Assembly (NCBI GenBank): GCA_951406725.2
Contig: OX597827.1
Location: 28,582,001 to 28,646,000, forward strand
DNA from: Octopus vulgaris
Taxonomy: Eukaryota
Length of the DNA stretch: 64,000 nucleotides
Direction: 5' to 3'
The notes beneath the pieces were generated by a model. The model saw nothing but the letters and a program-made list of their open reading frames with translations, did no database searches and had not been told where the DNA came from. Made by a program: the position numbers and the translations under genes. Position 1 is the first letter of the stretch; each line of letters starts with the position of its first letter. Below, one piece after another: positions 52,151 to 64,000 of the stretch.

Positions 52151-53739
52151 CTTTGAATAAAGTATTTTGTTAATTTCCATTTTCTGTTGTTTACTTATAT
52201 ATGTAAGTATTTATGTATGTATTTGCATATTAATGCCTTTATGCAAGCATGTGTAGTGGGAATATATAAGGTGACGATGTGGCTGCGTGTAGGTTATTAC
52301 AATAGTTCATAAAGAGATGAAGAATGAATTGAAGACATATATTTACTAAATAAAAATATATTTTATTTACTGGTCGATGATGATACATAAAATCAAAATT
52401 TAGAATCTGTTAAATGATGTAATCGATGCAAGAAAGTTCAGAGATAGAAAATGTAGAAATAAGAGTTAAGTGGTGGTTTTCAGTCATATGGCATAGAGAA
52501 ACAGACGGACATAGCAATGTCGTGAATGGCTCTAAGTCTAATCGACTAAGAAACGAAGAGTTGGGTTAGCAAGTTGTTTTTATTAATGGAACACTGGACA
52601 TTCTAGAAACTTCCATGAGAATGCCAAGCTTCTTGAATAATTAAGAATCACGTCTCATAACACAGATGCTTCGAGAAATTAAGAAAAGGGAGGCTACTCT
52701 ATAATCTTTCTTGCTAGGGAGATCATTCAAACTATTTATCTACGTAGACCACTACACATGTACGCCTTTTTCTCCTTTATATTCAGTCGCTTTCCTTCAA
52801 GTAAAAAGAACCGGTTTCTAACAAAGACATAAAGCAACATCACTGGAAATTTGGATTACAACAACGGTAATTGTTACACATAGAACTTTGAGAAAGTCTT
52901 GAATACTTTTATTGTTCCACTTACGGGCTGCATGAACAAAGTCCGTGTTAGGTGGTTTCTTACTTTCTTTGAAACTCCTGGCTTCTGCATACTATGGATT
53001 TCTCTTTTCTCGCCTCTTTGATTCTTTGGTCTCCTCTTTGCCCACTCTCTCACATTTCTCCGCCTCTCTTACTTTGCACTTCACTGAACTTGCCTTTCTT
53101 TTGTCCCGCCAGTCTTGGCACGCTCTATTTCTTCTCCCCCTCCTTAATTCCTTCTTTCTCTCTCTGCTCCACCTCCTTAATATCTTTGTCCCTCTTTTTC
53201 TCTCTCTTCTCCCTCTCTTTAATTCCTTTGCCCCTTTTTTCTCTCTCTTCTCTTCTCATGTGAGTGCCGGTCAACTATAGCCTTTCGGCTTCTGACCAGC
53301 GCCACGAAAACATCGATTATTTCCACCTGCCGTAAGGCATTATTTTTCAAATACGCCAGCTAAGTTGAACTGTCTAAAGTCGAAAGACGACCGTTGTTTT
53401 TGTCCTGTTATTATTATTATTATTATTATTGTTTTTTGTATTTATATTCGTATTACTTTTTGTTTTTTGTATCTATATTCGTGTAACATCGTCCGTTTTT
53501 CTCTCCTTGTTTCGTATACATTCGATCCTTTTTCCAAGAAATCTAATGCTCGTAGCTAAGTTTTTTCCTTGGAGCTGGCCAGATCGGAGCAATCTCAAGA
53601 TTAATCAGCCGAAATTGCGAGGATGATCCGATTCTTGACTGAAGATTAGAGGCTTCGAATGACCCGTCCGTTTTTTGTGTCGTCTATTTGAATATTTTGC
53701 GTTCTTGTCCCATTTTGTATTTTTATATATATTTTTTAT

Positions 53740-53813
<74 letters not shown>

Positions 53814-54145
53814 CAATCCTGATATTGGTTTAAAATATTAGTTCAAGGCCAGCAATTTGTGAGGAGGGGCAAATCGATTATATGGATACCAGTTTTCAAA
53901 GTTCGATGTGTAACAATTACGCGCATGTATTATAGCTTGGCTGCTGTTGCTGGGATGGGACTTGATATGTGGTCGGTGTGGAGTGACTTGTAAATCCCCT
54001 AGCGGGCTTTAGGAAGCAAACGAGACTTCATCAACGATTGTGGGCGGGTTGTTAACTTCAGATGTTTCTTAGAGCGAAATGTATCTTGAACGTGATGTTA
54101 CTCAGTTACGAGTCGGCATCCACCTTGTATGTATGTATGTAAGTA

Positions 54146-54176
<31 letters not shown>

Positions 54177-54336
54177 ATGTATGTATGTATGTATGTATGT
54201 ATGTGTGTGTGTATGTATGTATGTATGTAAGTATGTATGTATGTGTGTGTGTATGTATGTATGTATGTATGTAAGTACGTATGTATGTATGTGTGTGTGT
54301 ATGTATGTATATATGTATGTATGTATGTATGTATCT

Positions 54337-54653
54337 GAAGGCGCGTGGCTAAGTGGTTAGGGCATTCAACTCACGATTATAAGGTCGTGAGTTCGATTCC
54401 CAGCGACGCGTTATGTCCTTGAGCAAGACACTTCACGTTGCTCCAGTCCACTCAGCTGGCAAAAATGAGTAGTACCTGTTTTTCAAAGGGCCAGCTTTGC
54501 CACACTCTGTGTCACGCTGAATTTCCCTGAGAACTACATTAAAGATACTTGTATCTGTGGAATGCTCAGCCACTTGCATGTTAATTTCATGAGCAAGCTG
54601 TTCCTTTGTTCGCATCAGCTGGGATACTGGTCGTCGTAACCGACGGAGTGCTC
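54337..54653 (+). mobile_element. SINE family C
   Basis: A-box TGGCTAAGTGG, B-box GTTCGATTCC; colinear with 25810-26118. Confidence 0.9.
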
Positions 54654-54677
54654 CTGTATATATGTATGTATGTATGC

Positions 54678-54757
<80 letters not shown>

Positions 54758-54844
54758 GTCTGTCTGTCTGTCTGTCTGTCTATGTGTGTATCTATGTATG
54801 TATGTGTTGCGTATGCGAATAGATGTGTATATAGGACTACAGTT

Positions 54845-55003
54845 GTTACGTTCTCAGTTCAAATTTCGCCGTGATCGACTTTATCTTTCATCCTTTCGGG
54901 GTCGATAAATTAAGCACCATTTACGCACTGGAGTAGATGCAATCGACTTAATTCCTTTGTTTGTCTCCTCTATGTTTAGCCCCTTGTGGGTAATAAAGAA
55001 ATA
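54845..55003 (+). mobile_element. 5'-truncated SINE family A
   Basis: Core plus CCCCTTGTGGGTAATAAAGAAAT tail. Confidence 0.8.
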
Positions 55004-56437
55004 TATATTGCATCTAAGCTTGCATCTACAAATGTATATATATATATGTATGTGTGGCAGTGTATGTCATACAGCATAACAGCTCATAACTAGCTTCACA
55101 AATAAACGTAGATATAGTTGCGTAACATATATATTTAACCGCCGGCCTGACAGACAACATGTGAACAAACCAATATAATAGATAAAAGATGTTTCAATAA
55201 ATGTCAACAGTTGAATATGCATGTATGTATGCACACATAAATAAATGTATGTGTATATGTGTGCATGTGTGTGTATATGTGTGCATGTGTGTGCATAATC
55301 TTCTGTATGTGTATTAAGGTAAATAATGTAAATAAATGGAACCGAGAAGCATGTGCAGTATATATATATGTATACACATGGATTGCTAGACAGGTGTATA
55401 GTCGAAAGACAGAGATAAACAGAGACCAGATAAGCAGATATATGCTAGAAAAATGACAGAGGAATGCATACATATAAAACTAGTTAAATCTTTATATTAT
55501 TTCCTGCAGAAGAGATCTACGTAGTGAGATGAATAGTAACTGATGTTAGATAAACAGTATCGTTATAGATAGAGCAAATGGATACATATACACACGCAAA
55601 TATAAATACACACTTGAAAGACACACGTACACGCACATATATATATATACGTATGTAATTTAAATGCATTTACACACACAAAGACAGACACACGCACATA
55701 CGCGCATATATGTATGTGCGTGCTTATATATGCGTACATATATGCATGTGTATGTAGCTATACGCGTATGTTTATATATATAAAGATATGTATATATATA
55801 TATATATATATATACACAGACACACACGATATGTATGTGTGTGTGTATGTGAGCGCAATATATATATATATATATATATTTATAAATATATATATATATA
55901 TATATTTATAAATATATGTATATATATTATATATATACGTGCGTATGTATTATATAGATAACGTATATATAGAAAGAGAAAGTGAGAGAGAGAAGCACAA
56001 AGGGAGACAGAGAGACAGAGAGAAATAAAGATAGAAAGAACGAAACAATGAGTAAGAGCGTCAGATGATGAAAAGAAAATTGTGCAAAGCTGTAAAGAAG
56101 ACCTAGTGACTTTACAACCGAAAAAACTTCACTGAACGACGACATTTCATAGACACATATTGGAACTGAGAGTGGCAATACGAAGGATTCGGCGTATCAC
56201 GACTGTTGCCAGACAATGTTGTTTCATTTAGTGTAGTTTGTTTTATCATCGATTTGTTTTTCATTTTAGTTTTTCGATTTTTAAAGACGAACACGAAACC
56301 AAAAACTGATTTCCTAGCTAACAAATAGTTCCAAACCGCTGTAATGGCTGTGCGAAACAATAGCTGAACTTTACTCCAGCCATCAACACTAACTAGCTAG
56401 TAAAATTTCTCATACATATATCTATATGTGCATATAT

Positions 56438-56483
<46 letters not shown>

Positions 56484-56987
56484 GTGTGTGCGTGTGTGTA
56501 TGTGTGTGTGTGTATGCATATATATGTATGCATATGTATATATGTATATGTAGTATTATATTTTTTCTTTTTTGTAGTTTTTTTTTCTTCTTTTTTTTGC
56601 TTCTTTTGTTAGCCGAAGATCAAAATATATCGAGAAAGAAAGAGCGAGGATGAGATCACGTGAAAAAGAAACAGGAAAATAAAGGAAAGCGTAATGGCTA
56701 CGTTGGACATTTATGTATATTTGCGGTGACATACAGAAATACACACAAACACACACAACAGATACACACACAAACGCATCATATACAACATATACATGCA
56801 AAAAACGTAATATAAAAAAAATAATAAATGGCCGCTTACCTTGTAGCAGATTCATTTCTCACACACACACACATACACACACACAAATCTACATATTTAT
56901 ATGCTGGTCAGTAAATTTGCCCGTGCGCGAATACATACATGCATACATAGATATATACATACATACATACACACAACATATATATAT

Positions 56988-57059
<72 letters not shown>

Positions 57060-57165
57060 TTATGTACATACAGATATATATTGTCTATATCTATATAAGT
57101 ATATGTATGTATGTATCTATCCGTCTATCCATTTATCTATCTATTTATCTTTCTAAATATATGTT

Positions 57166-57209
<44 letters not shown>

Positions 57210-57789
57210 CGTGTGTATGTAAGTATGCATATGTATACATATGTGTTTATATATATATATATGTGTGTGCGTGTGTGCGTATGCGTGTGTATATATATAT
57301 ATGTGTGTGTGTGTGTGTTTGTGTGTGTGTGCGTGTGTGTGTATGCACGCACATACATATGTATGTATATCCTTTATGTATACGAGAATCATAAAGATAA
57401 TTCTGTTGATATTGACGTTGTTGTAGACAGTTCACTCACCATGAATATAATGTTGAATGTGGGTTTCCATTCTGCTTTCAAGTATTTTCATTGTGTTGTC
57501 AGTCTCCTCTTTTGTTGGACAGAGAGATCGTTTGAACATCGATTTGTTTTCTTACCTCTACAAAATATATAAAAATACAAATACACACAAAAATTCACCG
57601 ATTTATTTTCTGGAGGGAGGAAGAACAGAAAGAATGGAATTTCGGTCTGGATGGGAATGGGATTGTGTTGCTTTCATGCCTTTCCTCAATTATATTAAAA
57701 TATTATGATATTCTCTGTCGCATGGCTACAATTATCGAAGTGGTGGGAAATATGGGATAAGTTTGGCACCCGTTTAGTTCACATCATAA

Positions 57790-58676
57790 GACGCAGCATT
57801 TGGTTGGAAAATATGAAAGGTAAAGCTGATCTCGGCAGGATTTGAACTCTGGAGGTTAAAGATCCATAAGATGTAATCTAAGGTATTTTTCTTGTATTCC
57901 GATTATTTCTTCTGGCAGTGTCACAATGCCAACAACTTTGAGGCGAGTGGTTGTTTGATCCCATCGACCCAATTATTTCACTGGTACCTTATTTTGTTAA
58001 ACTCGGAAGGACGAAAAGCGAAGTTGACTTTGCTGGAAATTGAAGTCCCACGCTCTACTAATCGTTTGTTTCTTTAGTATAAGATCAACAATTTTGAGGG
58101 GATGGGAAGTCGATTACCGTAACCCCAGTGCTCAACTAGTATTTATTTTATCGCTGCCGAAAACATGGAAAGCAAAGTTGGACACAGAATTTGAACTGAG
58201 AACGTAGAAATGAACGAAATGACGTTAAGCTTCCAAACGGCTCTCGCAGTTCGCCGTCTTCCGATATTGTACTGGTTTCTAATTTTGGCACATGGCCAGC
58301 AATTCGGGATGGGGAGTAAATCGATTACATCGCTCCTAGTGCTTAACTGGTTCTTATTTCATCGACCCCGAAAATGATGAAAAGAAAAGTCGACCTCGAA
58401 AGAATTTGAACTTAAAATATAAAGACAGACGAAATGCCGCTAAGCATTTCTCCCTAAGTGCTAACGATTCTTTTCTACTCTAGGCACAAGGCCTGAAATT
58501 TTGGGTCAGTGGATTAGATCGACACCAGTACGCCACTTGTACTTAATTTATCGACCCTGAAAGGATGAAGGGCAAAGTCGACATCGGTGGAATTTGAACT
58601 CAGAACGTAGCGTCGGGCGAAATGTCGCTAAGCATTTCTTCCCAAGTGCTAACGATTCTGCCAGCTCGCCACCTTA
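57790..58676 (-). mobile_element. Cluster of about five SINE family A copies of differing decay
   Basis: Repeated AAAGTCGAC..GAATTTGAACT cores. Confidence 0.8.
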
Positions 58677-60071
58677 AGATTAACAACAAATGTTGAAGTA
58701 GATACACTAGTTTTATAGATGTGTAGTGACTGGGACGTTAAAACTAATTAGAGGTACTTAATTTTAGCGTACTTCGAGATTCATTTAACAAAACATGAAG
58801 ATAAAGTTATAGATTTGTTACAGCTTAAACCTCTCCAATCGAAGAGGATTCACAATCGATAATACACCTCTGAATATATTGCATAAATAATATCCATAAC
58901 ATATATTTCTTTTTGTTTTAGTTATTTTATTTTTATTATTCTGGCATTTACTTATAAATCTACACCTTATTGTTTGACTTCTTTGAGAAAATTCTGTCTC
59001 AAGACTTTGTGGAATTTTAAAAATAAAACAAGAGTGCGTAGTTTATATAGGTTTTAAATATTTGACAGGCATGGCTATAATCTCACAAGAAATAAGCAGA
59101 AAAATCCGAGACACAGAGCTAAAAACACGTTTTTCTATCTCTAATTATTGATTTCGATAGATTTGTATTATTTATATTCCTAATGTGTTGCTTTAAAACT
59201 AAATCTTAATGCCGTTGACTAACTCCGGTGTCTTTCTTTCTGGAGACTTGATCGAAGATAATGCTATAGTTATGAAATTCCTAACTGTTCGATGCCAAAC
59301 GGCTTTTGTTGGTATTACTTTTTATTTCGCTAGTGTGCAGACTAACCAGGTTAACCTTTATGTTTGTGACAGAGGACATAGTTGTATCAATTGTGTTGTG
59401 ATATGTAAATGTGACATTACATTCCGCACTGGCTTAGAAAAATAAAATTTTAGATTTGTATGGAAAGATTTTGGCGCTTTTAGTCATTATCTTGTATAAT
59501 TATGAGTTAACTCTTGCATTTAGAGGCGTGCATGGCTATCTGTTTAAGCAGCATGCTTATGAAACCGTGTGATTTGTTTTATACTACTGCGTGTCACTTT
59601 GGGCTAATGTTTTCTGCCTTTGTATTGCGTTGGATAACGCTTTTCGAGCGGAGTTTGATAAATAGAAATGATGCAAAGCACTTCGATAAATGTGTAGTTG
59701 TGTATATATCTTTTATGTTTATTACTTTAAATATCCTATAAAATTCAGAGCCACCACTGAAAGTTACAATGTGTCTTAAATGAATACGTTTTTGTAAACA
59801 ATGCGTTCGACGACAGCAAAAAAAAGGCAATGGTTATATATACTATTTCAAGTGTCATTGCCACATCAGTACCACATCCAACCTAACAAGTATTCACGAA
59901 CACATTACTTAAAATATCTTCCAGGTAAAGTGGTGTAAAACTATTGAATAGAACAATTTACATATTAAACACATCCATAACTGTTACACACATATTAATT
60001 TCTGGTAAGGACACAATATTTCGTTTTGCAACTATTATGTACTACCAAGTATAATATACTATCAAGTATGG

Positions 60072-60172
<101 letters not shown>

Positions 60173-60416
60173 TGTATGTATGTATGTATGTATACATGAA
60201 TATATTTATGTATGTATGTCAGTTGTTATTCAGTTTTATTTCAAGACTTCTTGCCAATAAAGAAGGCTTCTAATCTAGATCCATGGCTTCTTCATTGGAA
60301 TTTCAACATCAACAACAGGGTGTTTTTATGTATTTATGCCAGTCTATCTGTCTGTCTGTATGTATGTATAGATGTATATACGCCTACATGTAGATATATA
60401 TAGATGTGTTTATATC

Positions 60417-60637
60417 TACGAGCGGTTGCTGAAAAGATCCTGCTTTTAAGAATATGGCGAAGGGCCTGGCCGGAGGACCAACCAGCCGTGTTCTTTTACA
60501 GGGCTTAGAAAAACTGAAGTAATGTTGCAATAATCATGTGAATCTGAGAGGGGAATATGTTGAATAAAATCACAATTAACCGATCCTCCTGCATTTTCTT
60601 TTACCCAGTGCTAGATACTTTCCAACACAATTTCGTA
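60417..60637. mobile_element. Mariner-derived MITE (related partial copy at 21003-21070)
   Basis: TACGAGCGGTTGCTGAAAAG left end, degenerate ACTTTCCAACACAATTTCGTA right end. Confidence 0.6.
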
Positions 60638-61069
60638 TGTGCATATTTGTATAGATGTGGTTGAATCTACATGCATATTTGCTTAGATTTGTACGTGGCC
60701 ATATGTTATATGTAGATGTTTATCTTCTTATATGTATAAATGTATCTTTGTGTATGTGTCTATATCTGGAGATTACAGATCCCTTGACAATCCCGTCATT
60801 TTCTTTTACTGTATCTATAAATACATTATCCTAAACATCCCACATTTACTAAAGAAAGCAAAGAATGATTTCAAGGTGAGTTGGCTTCTGTTTATAGGGG
60901 CGTTAGAGAAAATCGTTTCGGTGACTGGAACAAAAGTCTCTTTGCTTTCCGATTTCAAATATTAACGCGGTTACATTTGCTTTTCATTTCATTATTGTAT
61001 AAAACATGCCATGAAGTCAAGTTGTTTCTCTCTCTTTCTTTCTCTCCCTCTTCCTCTCCGTATATATAC

Positions 61070-61171
<102 letters not shown>

Positions 61172-61412
61172 ACGAAAAAAACAAAAGGCGAAGACATGTG
61201 GTGTACAAAACAAACCGATGTATTAGTATAACACTCAGGAATAGAAAAAGAATATATATATAGATATATATATATATGTATGTATATATATATATCTATA
61301 TATATATATACCAATAAAATGAAGAATGCAAAAAATGTTATATATATATATATATATATATATAAATATCTTTCTATCAATTCATTTATATGCCACTCTT
61401 TATGTATATATG

Positions 61413-61470
<58 letters not shown>

Positions 61471-62446
61471 GTTAGTCTTTTTATCTGTGTATCTCTGCCA
61501 CCCGCTTTCTCTCTTTCTGGAAGGAACTGTCTCTGGTAAAATCTGGAGAGGGGAGCGCTCTGTTAGGTCTAACGATGACCAAAATACTCCATACGTCAAG
61601 ACAAAGCCCCTACGACTCCATTAACACACACACACACACACACACATACACACACACACACACACACACTCTGCTAAACACCTCCAACAAGAAAGTCTCT
61701 CCTAGAGAGAGAAATCTGCAAGTCAAACTTCTCTCTTCATTGATATTTATTCGCAGCTAAATACAATGAAGAAGAGAAAATTATGTGCTTTGTTAGAGGA
61801 CACAAAATCATTGATAACTTCCTTCAGGCTGTAAGGCTGCGACACTCGAAATCGCAAAATTACTATGAAAACGAAAATATGTTATATCATTAATTCCGTA
61901 GTTAATCATCTGAAAATGGATTTGGAAGATTAAAGGAATGACACTTAGTAACACATTAATTCCAACTTTACCTCAGTTCTCATTGCTTGAAGTTCGATTT
62001 AGACTATGGAACGAGAAACGATGATCAAGAAACTTAATTAGCGTTTTCCTTCCATGTTACAATTTCCTGTGATCTACCGATTTCCTCTGATCAACATATT
62101 CGCTGTTGGCACCAATTTCCGAAAATCAATATTTTCATGCGGTCCACAATTTCCTTCTATCAACAAGGTTTCGTAGTTGCATATCAGCACGCCTAAGCTT
62201 AAACATCACTTTTCCTGCTTCAGACCCTTCCAGACCCGCGCATCTCCACCAATCAAGCTGAAATCGTTTAAGGTACATTATCAATGATCAATAGCATAAC
62301 TAGAAAAATAAAATCGAATTTTGAAAATAAATTCCTGGATTTATTTTAAATTTTTTCACACTACTATAGCCTCGAGCAGATTGGATTAGGTAGACGCAAA
62401 CTGAAGAGAAGCTATTCGTATATATATATATATATTCTAGCAAAAA

Positions 62447-62484
62447 CTGTCCGACGAACGGGAACGTGAAACTCAGAGTAACAG
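62447..62484 (+). ncRNA. Minimal type I hammerhead motif (C4 variant) in a PLE-like 3' end at about 62050-62590
   Basis: CTGT CCGACGA ACG-ggaa-CGT GAAA CTCAGAG TA/ACAG. Confidence 0.8.
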
Positions 62485-62614
62485 GTTTTGTTGTATTTTC
62501 TGCTGCTTTTAAATAAAACATATTACTCTACCCCTGGTATTAGAGTACTCTTTTTTCCACCTTGTTTCACATTTATGTGTTTACTCATTTATGTATATGT
62601 ATATATATATACAT

Positions 62615-62677
<63 letters not shown>

Positions 62678-63312
62678 TATATGTATGTATGTATATGTAT
62701 GTATATGTACGTATGTATGTATGTATGTATGTATGTATGCATTTTTGTGTCTGTGTTTCCCCCATCACTGCTCGACAATCGATGTTGATGTACTTGCGTC
62801 CCCCGTAACTAAGAAATTGGGCAAAAGAGACCGATAGAACTAGTACCGGGCTTAAAAAGTTAAGTGCTGTGGTCGTTTCGTTCCACTAAAACTCGTCAAG
62901 GCGCTGCTCCACCATGGCCTCAGTCAGATACCTGAAAAAAGTAAAAGAATAAAAGAAAGAATTTCTTATCGTTATTGTGGGATTTCAGTTACCGCTGATG
63001 TTGTTATTATTGTTGTTATTGTTAGTGTTGTTGTCCTTGTTGTTGCTGTCGTTATTTAACCATAATTTAATCTGAATGAGGAGGTACAAATGTCGAAAGA
63101 TCGAACGCTTTTCGATTTCCACCTCACCGTTTTCGTTTTTCTTTCTTTTTTTTTTTTTTGGCTACACACAACATTTTCCAATATATCCACCCACTTCTTT
63201 CTGAGAGAGTGGGAGATGTAATTTTAAGAAAATGTGTCTCATGTAACATTTCGATGCTCGATCTTGCGGGTGTTTCCTTTCGCCAAAGTTGGTAGTGCTA
63301 GGATTTTCTACC

Positions 63313-63800
63313 TTGTTCATTTCGGACGTTAGGATTGCTTGCACGGACCCATACGACAAACCAACAACGTCAGAAACGTCAATGGTTGATCCCTTTCGAT
63401 CCTCATGCACAAGCTGATGAATTTTCTCCACATTTCAGGGGATCACCTCTGCGGCAGGTCTTTCGTCTTCCAGGGATATTCTTCAGCTTCTAAAGCGCCC
63501 GTACCACTCGACACACTGCGTACGACCCATTGTCTCGTTGCTGTAAGCATGATCAATATTTCTGTAGAGATACCTCTCAAGTGTAACGCAAAATTTCACG
63601 TCGGTTCTTTGTTCCTGTCCACGACATAAATTGCAGATTAAGGCATACAAGTGATCACAAAAACAAACTTTTCGCAACTTGCGAAGTAAACACAGCGACG
63701 TCACTCGCACACCGGCTCGTGAAGGAAATCACAAGCCTTCACGACGCACGCGACGCTGAGCTGCCATCGGTTGGTGCGCTACAGAACTATTCCGGGAACT
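63313..63800 (-). mobile_element. Mariner transposase N-terminal (HTH) remnant
   Basis: EQRTDVKFCV..MGRTQCVEWYGRFR..SLEDE..EKIHQLVHEDR..VGLSYGSVQAILT. Confidence 0.85.
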
Positions 63801-64000
63801 AGGCGGCGAGCTGGCAGAAACGTTAGCACGCCTGGCGAAATGCGTAGCCGTATTTCGTCAAGCCGTTACGTTCTGGGTTCAAATTCCGCCGAGGTCGACT
63901 TTGCCTTTCATCCTTTCGGGGTTGATAAATTAAGTACCAGTTACGCACTGAGGTCGATGTAATCGACTTAATCCGTTTGTCTGTCCTTGTTTGTCCTCTC
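63801..64000 (+). mobile_element. SINE family A (runs off the window end)
   Basis: Well-preserved head, B-box and core. Confidence 0.9.

Noticed and set aside
53280-53725. CTGAAGA..GAATGACCCGTC in a probable repeat
   Set aside because: No GAAA and no clear stems; family unassigned.

Overview
AT-rich, microsatellite-dense animal genomic DNA (intergenic or intronic). From memory, the tRNA-derived SINE families resemble those of Octopus. No intact host protein-coding gene is evident; most ORF-track entries are microsatellite artefacts. Mobile content: two tandem 5'-truncated Tx1/L1-type LINEs in (TATC)n, decayed R4/Dong, RTE and CR1-type LINE pieces, Penelope-like (PLE) remnants, mariner/Tigger MITEs, a non-autonomous Helitron and over 20 SINE copies. 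The main finding, invisible in the ORF track, is about 13 type I hammerhead ribozyme (HHR) motifs from roughly 10 unrelated repeat families. Nearly all have palindromic or near-palindromic stem III, and several have variant cores (U3-A8, U3-G8, C4). They include a 353-bp circularly permuted retrozyme-like unit (34269-35082) and a tRNA-headed SINE-like element ending in an HHR (33928-34221). Other notable points: a SINE/Tx1 shared 3' tail, possible (TATC)n targeting by the Tx1 family, and two local templated duplications. All coordinates and folds were read by eye; element boundaries are approximate.
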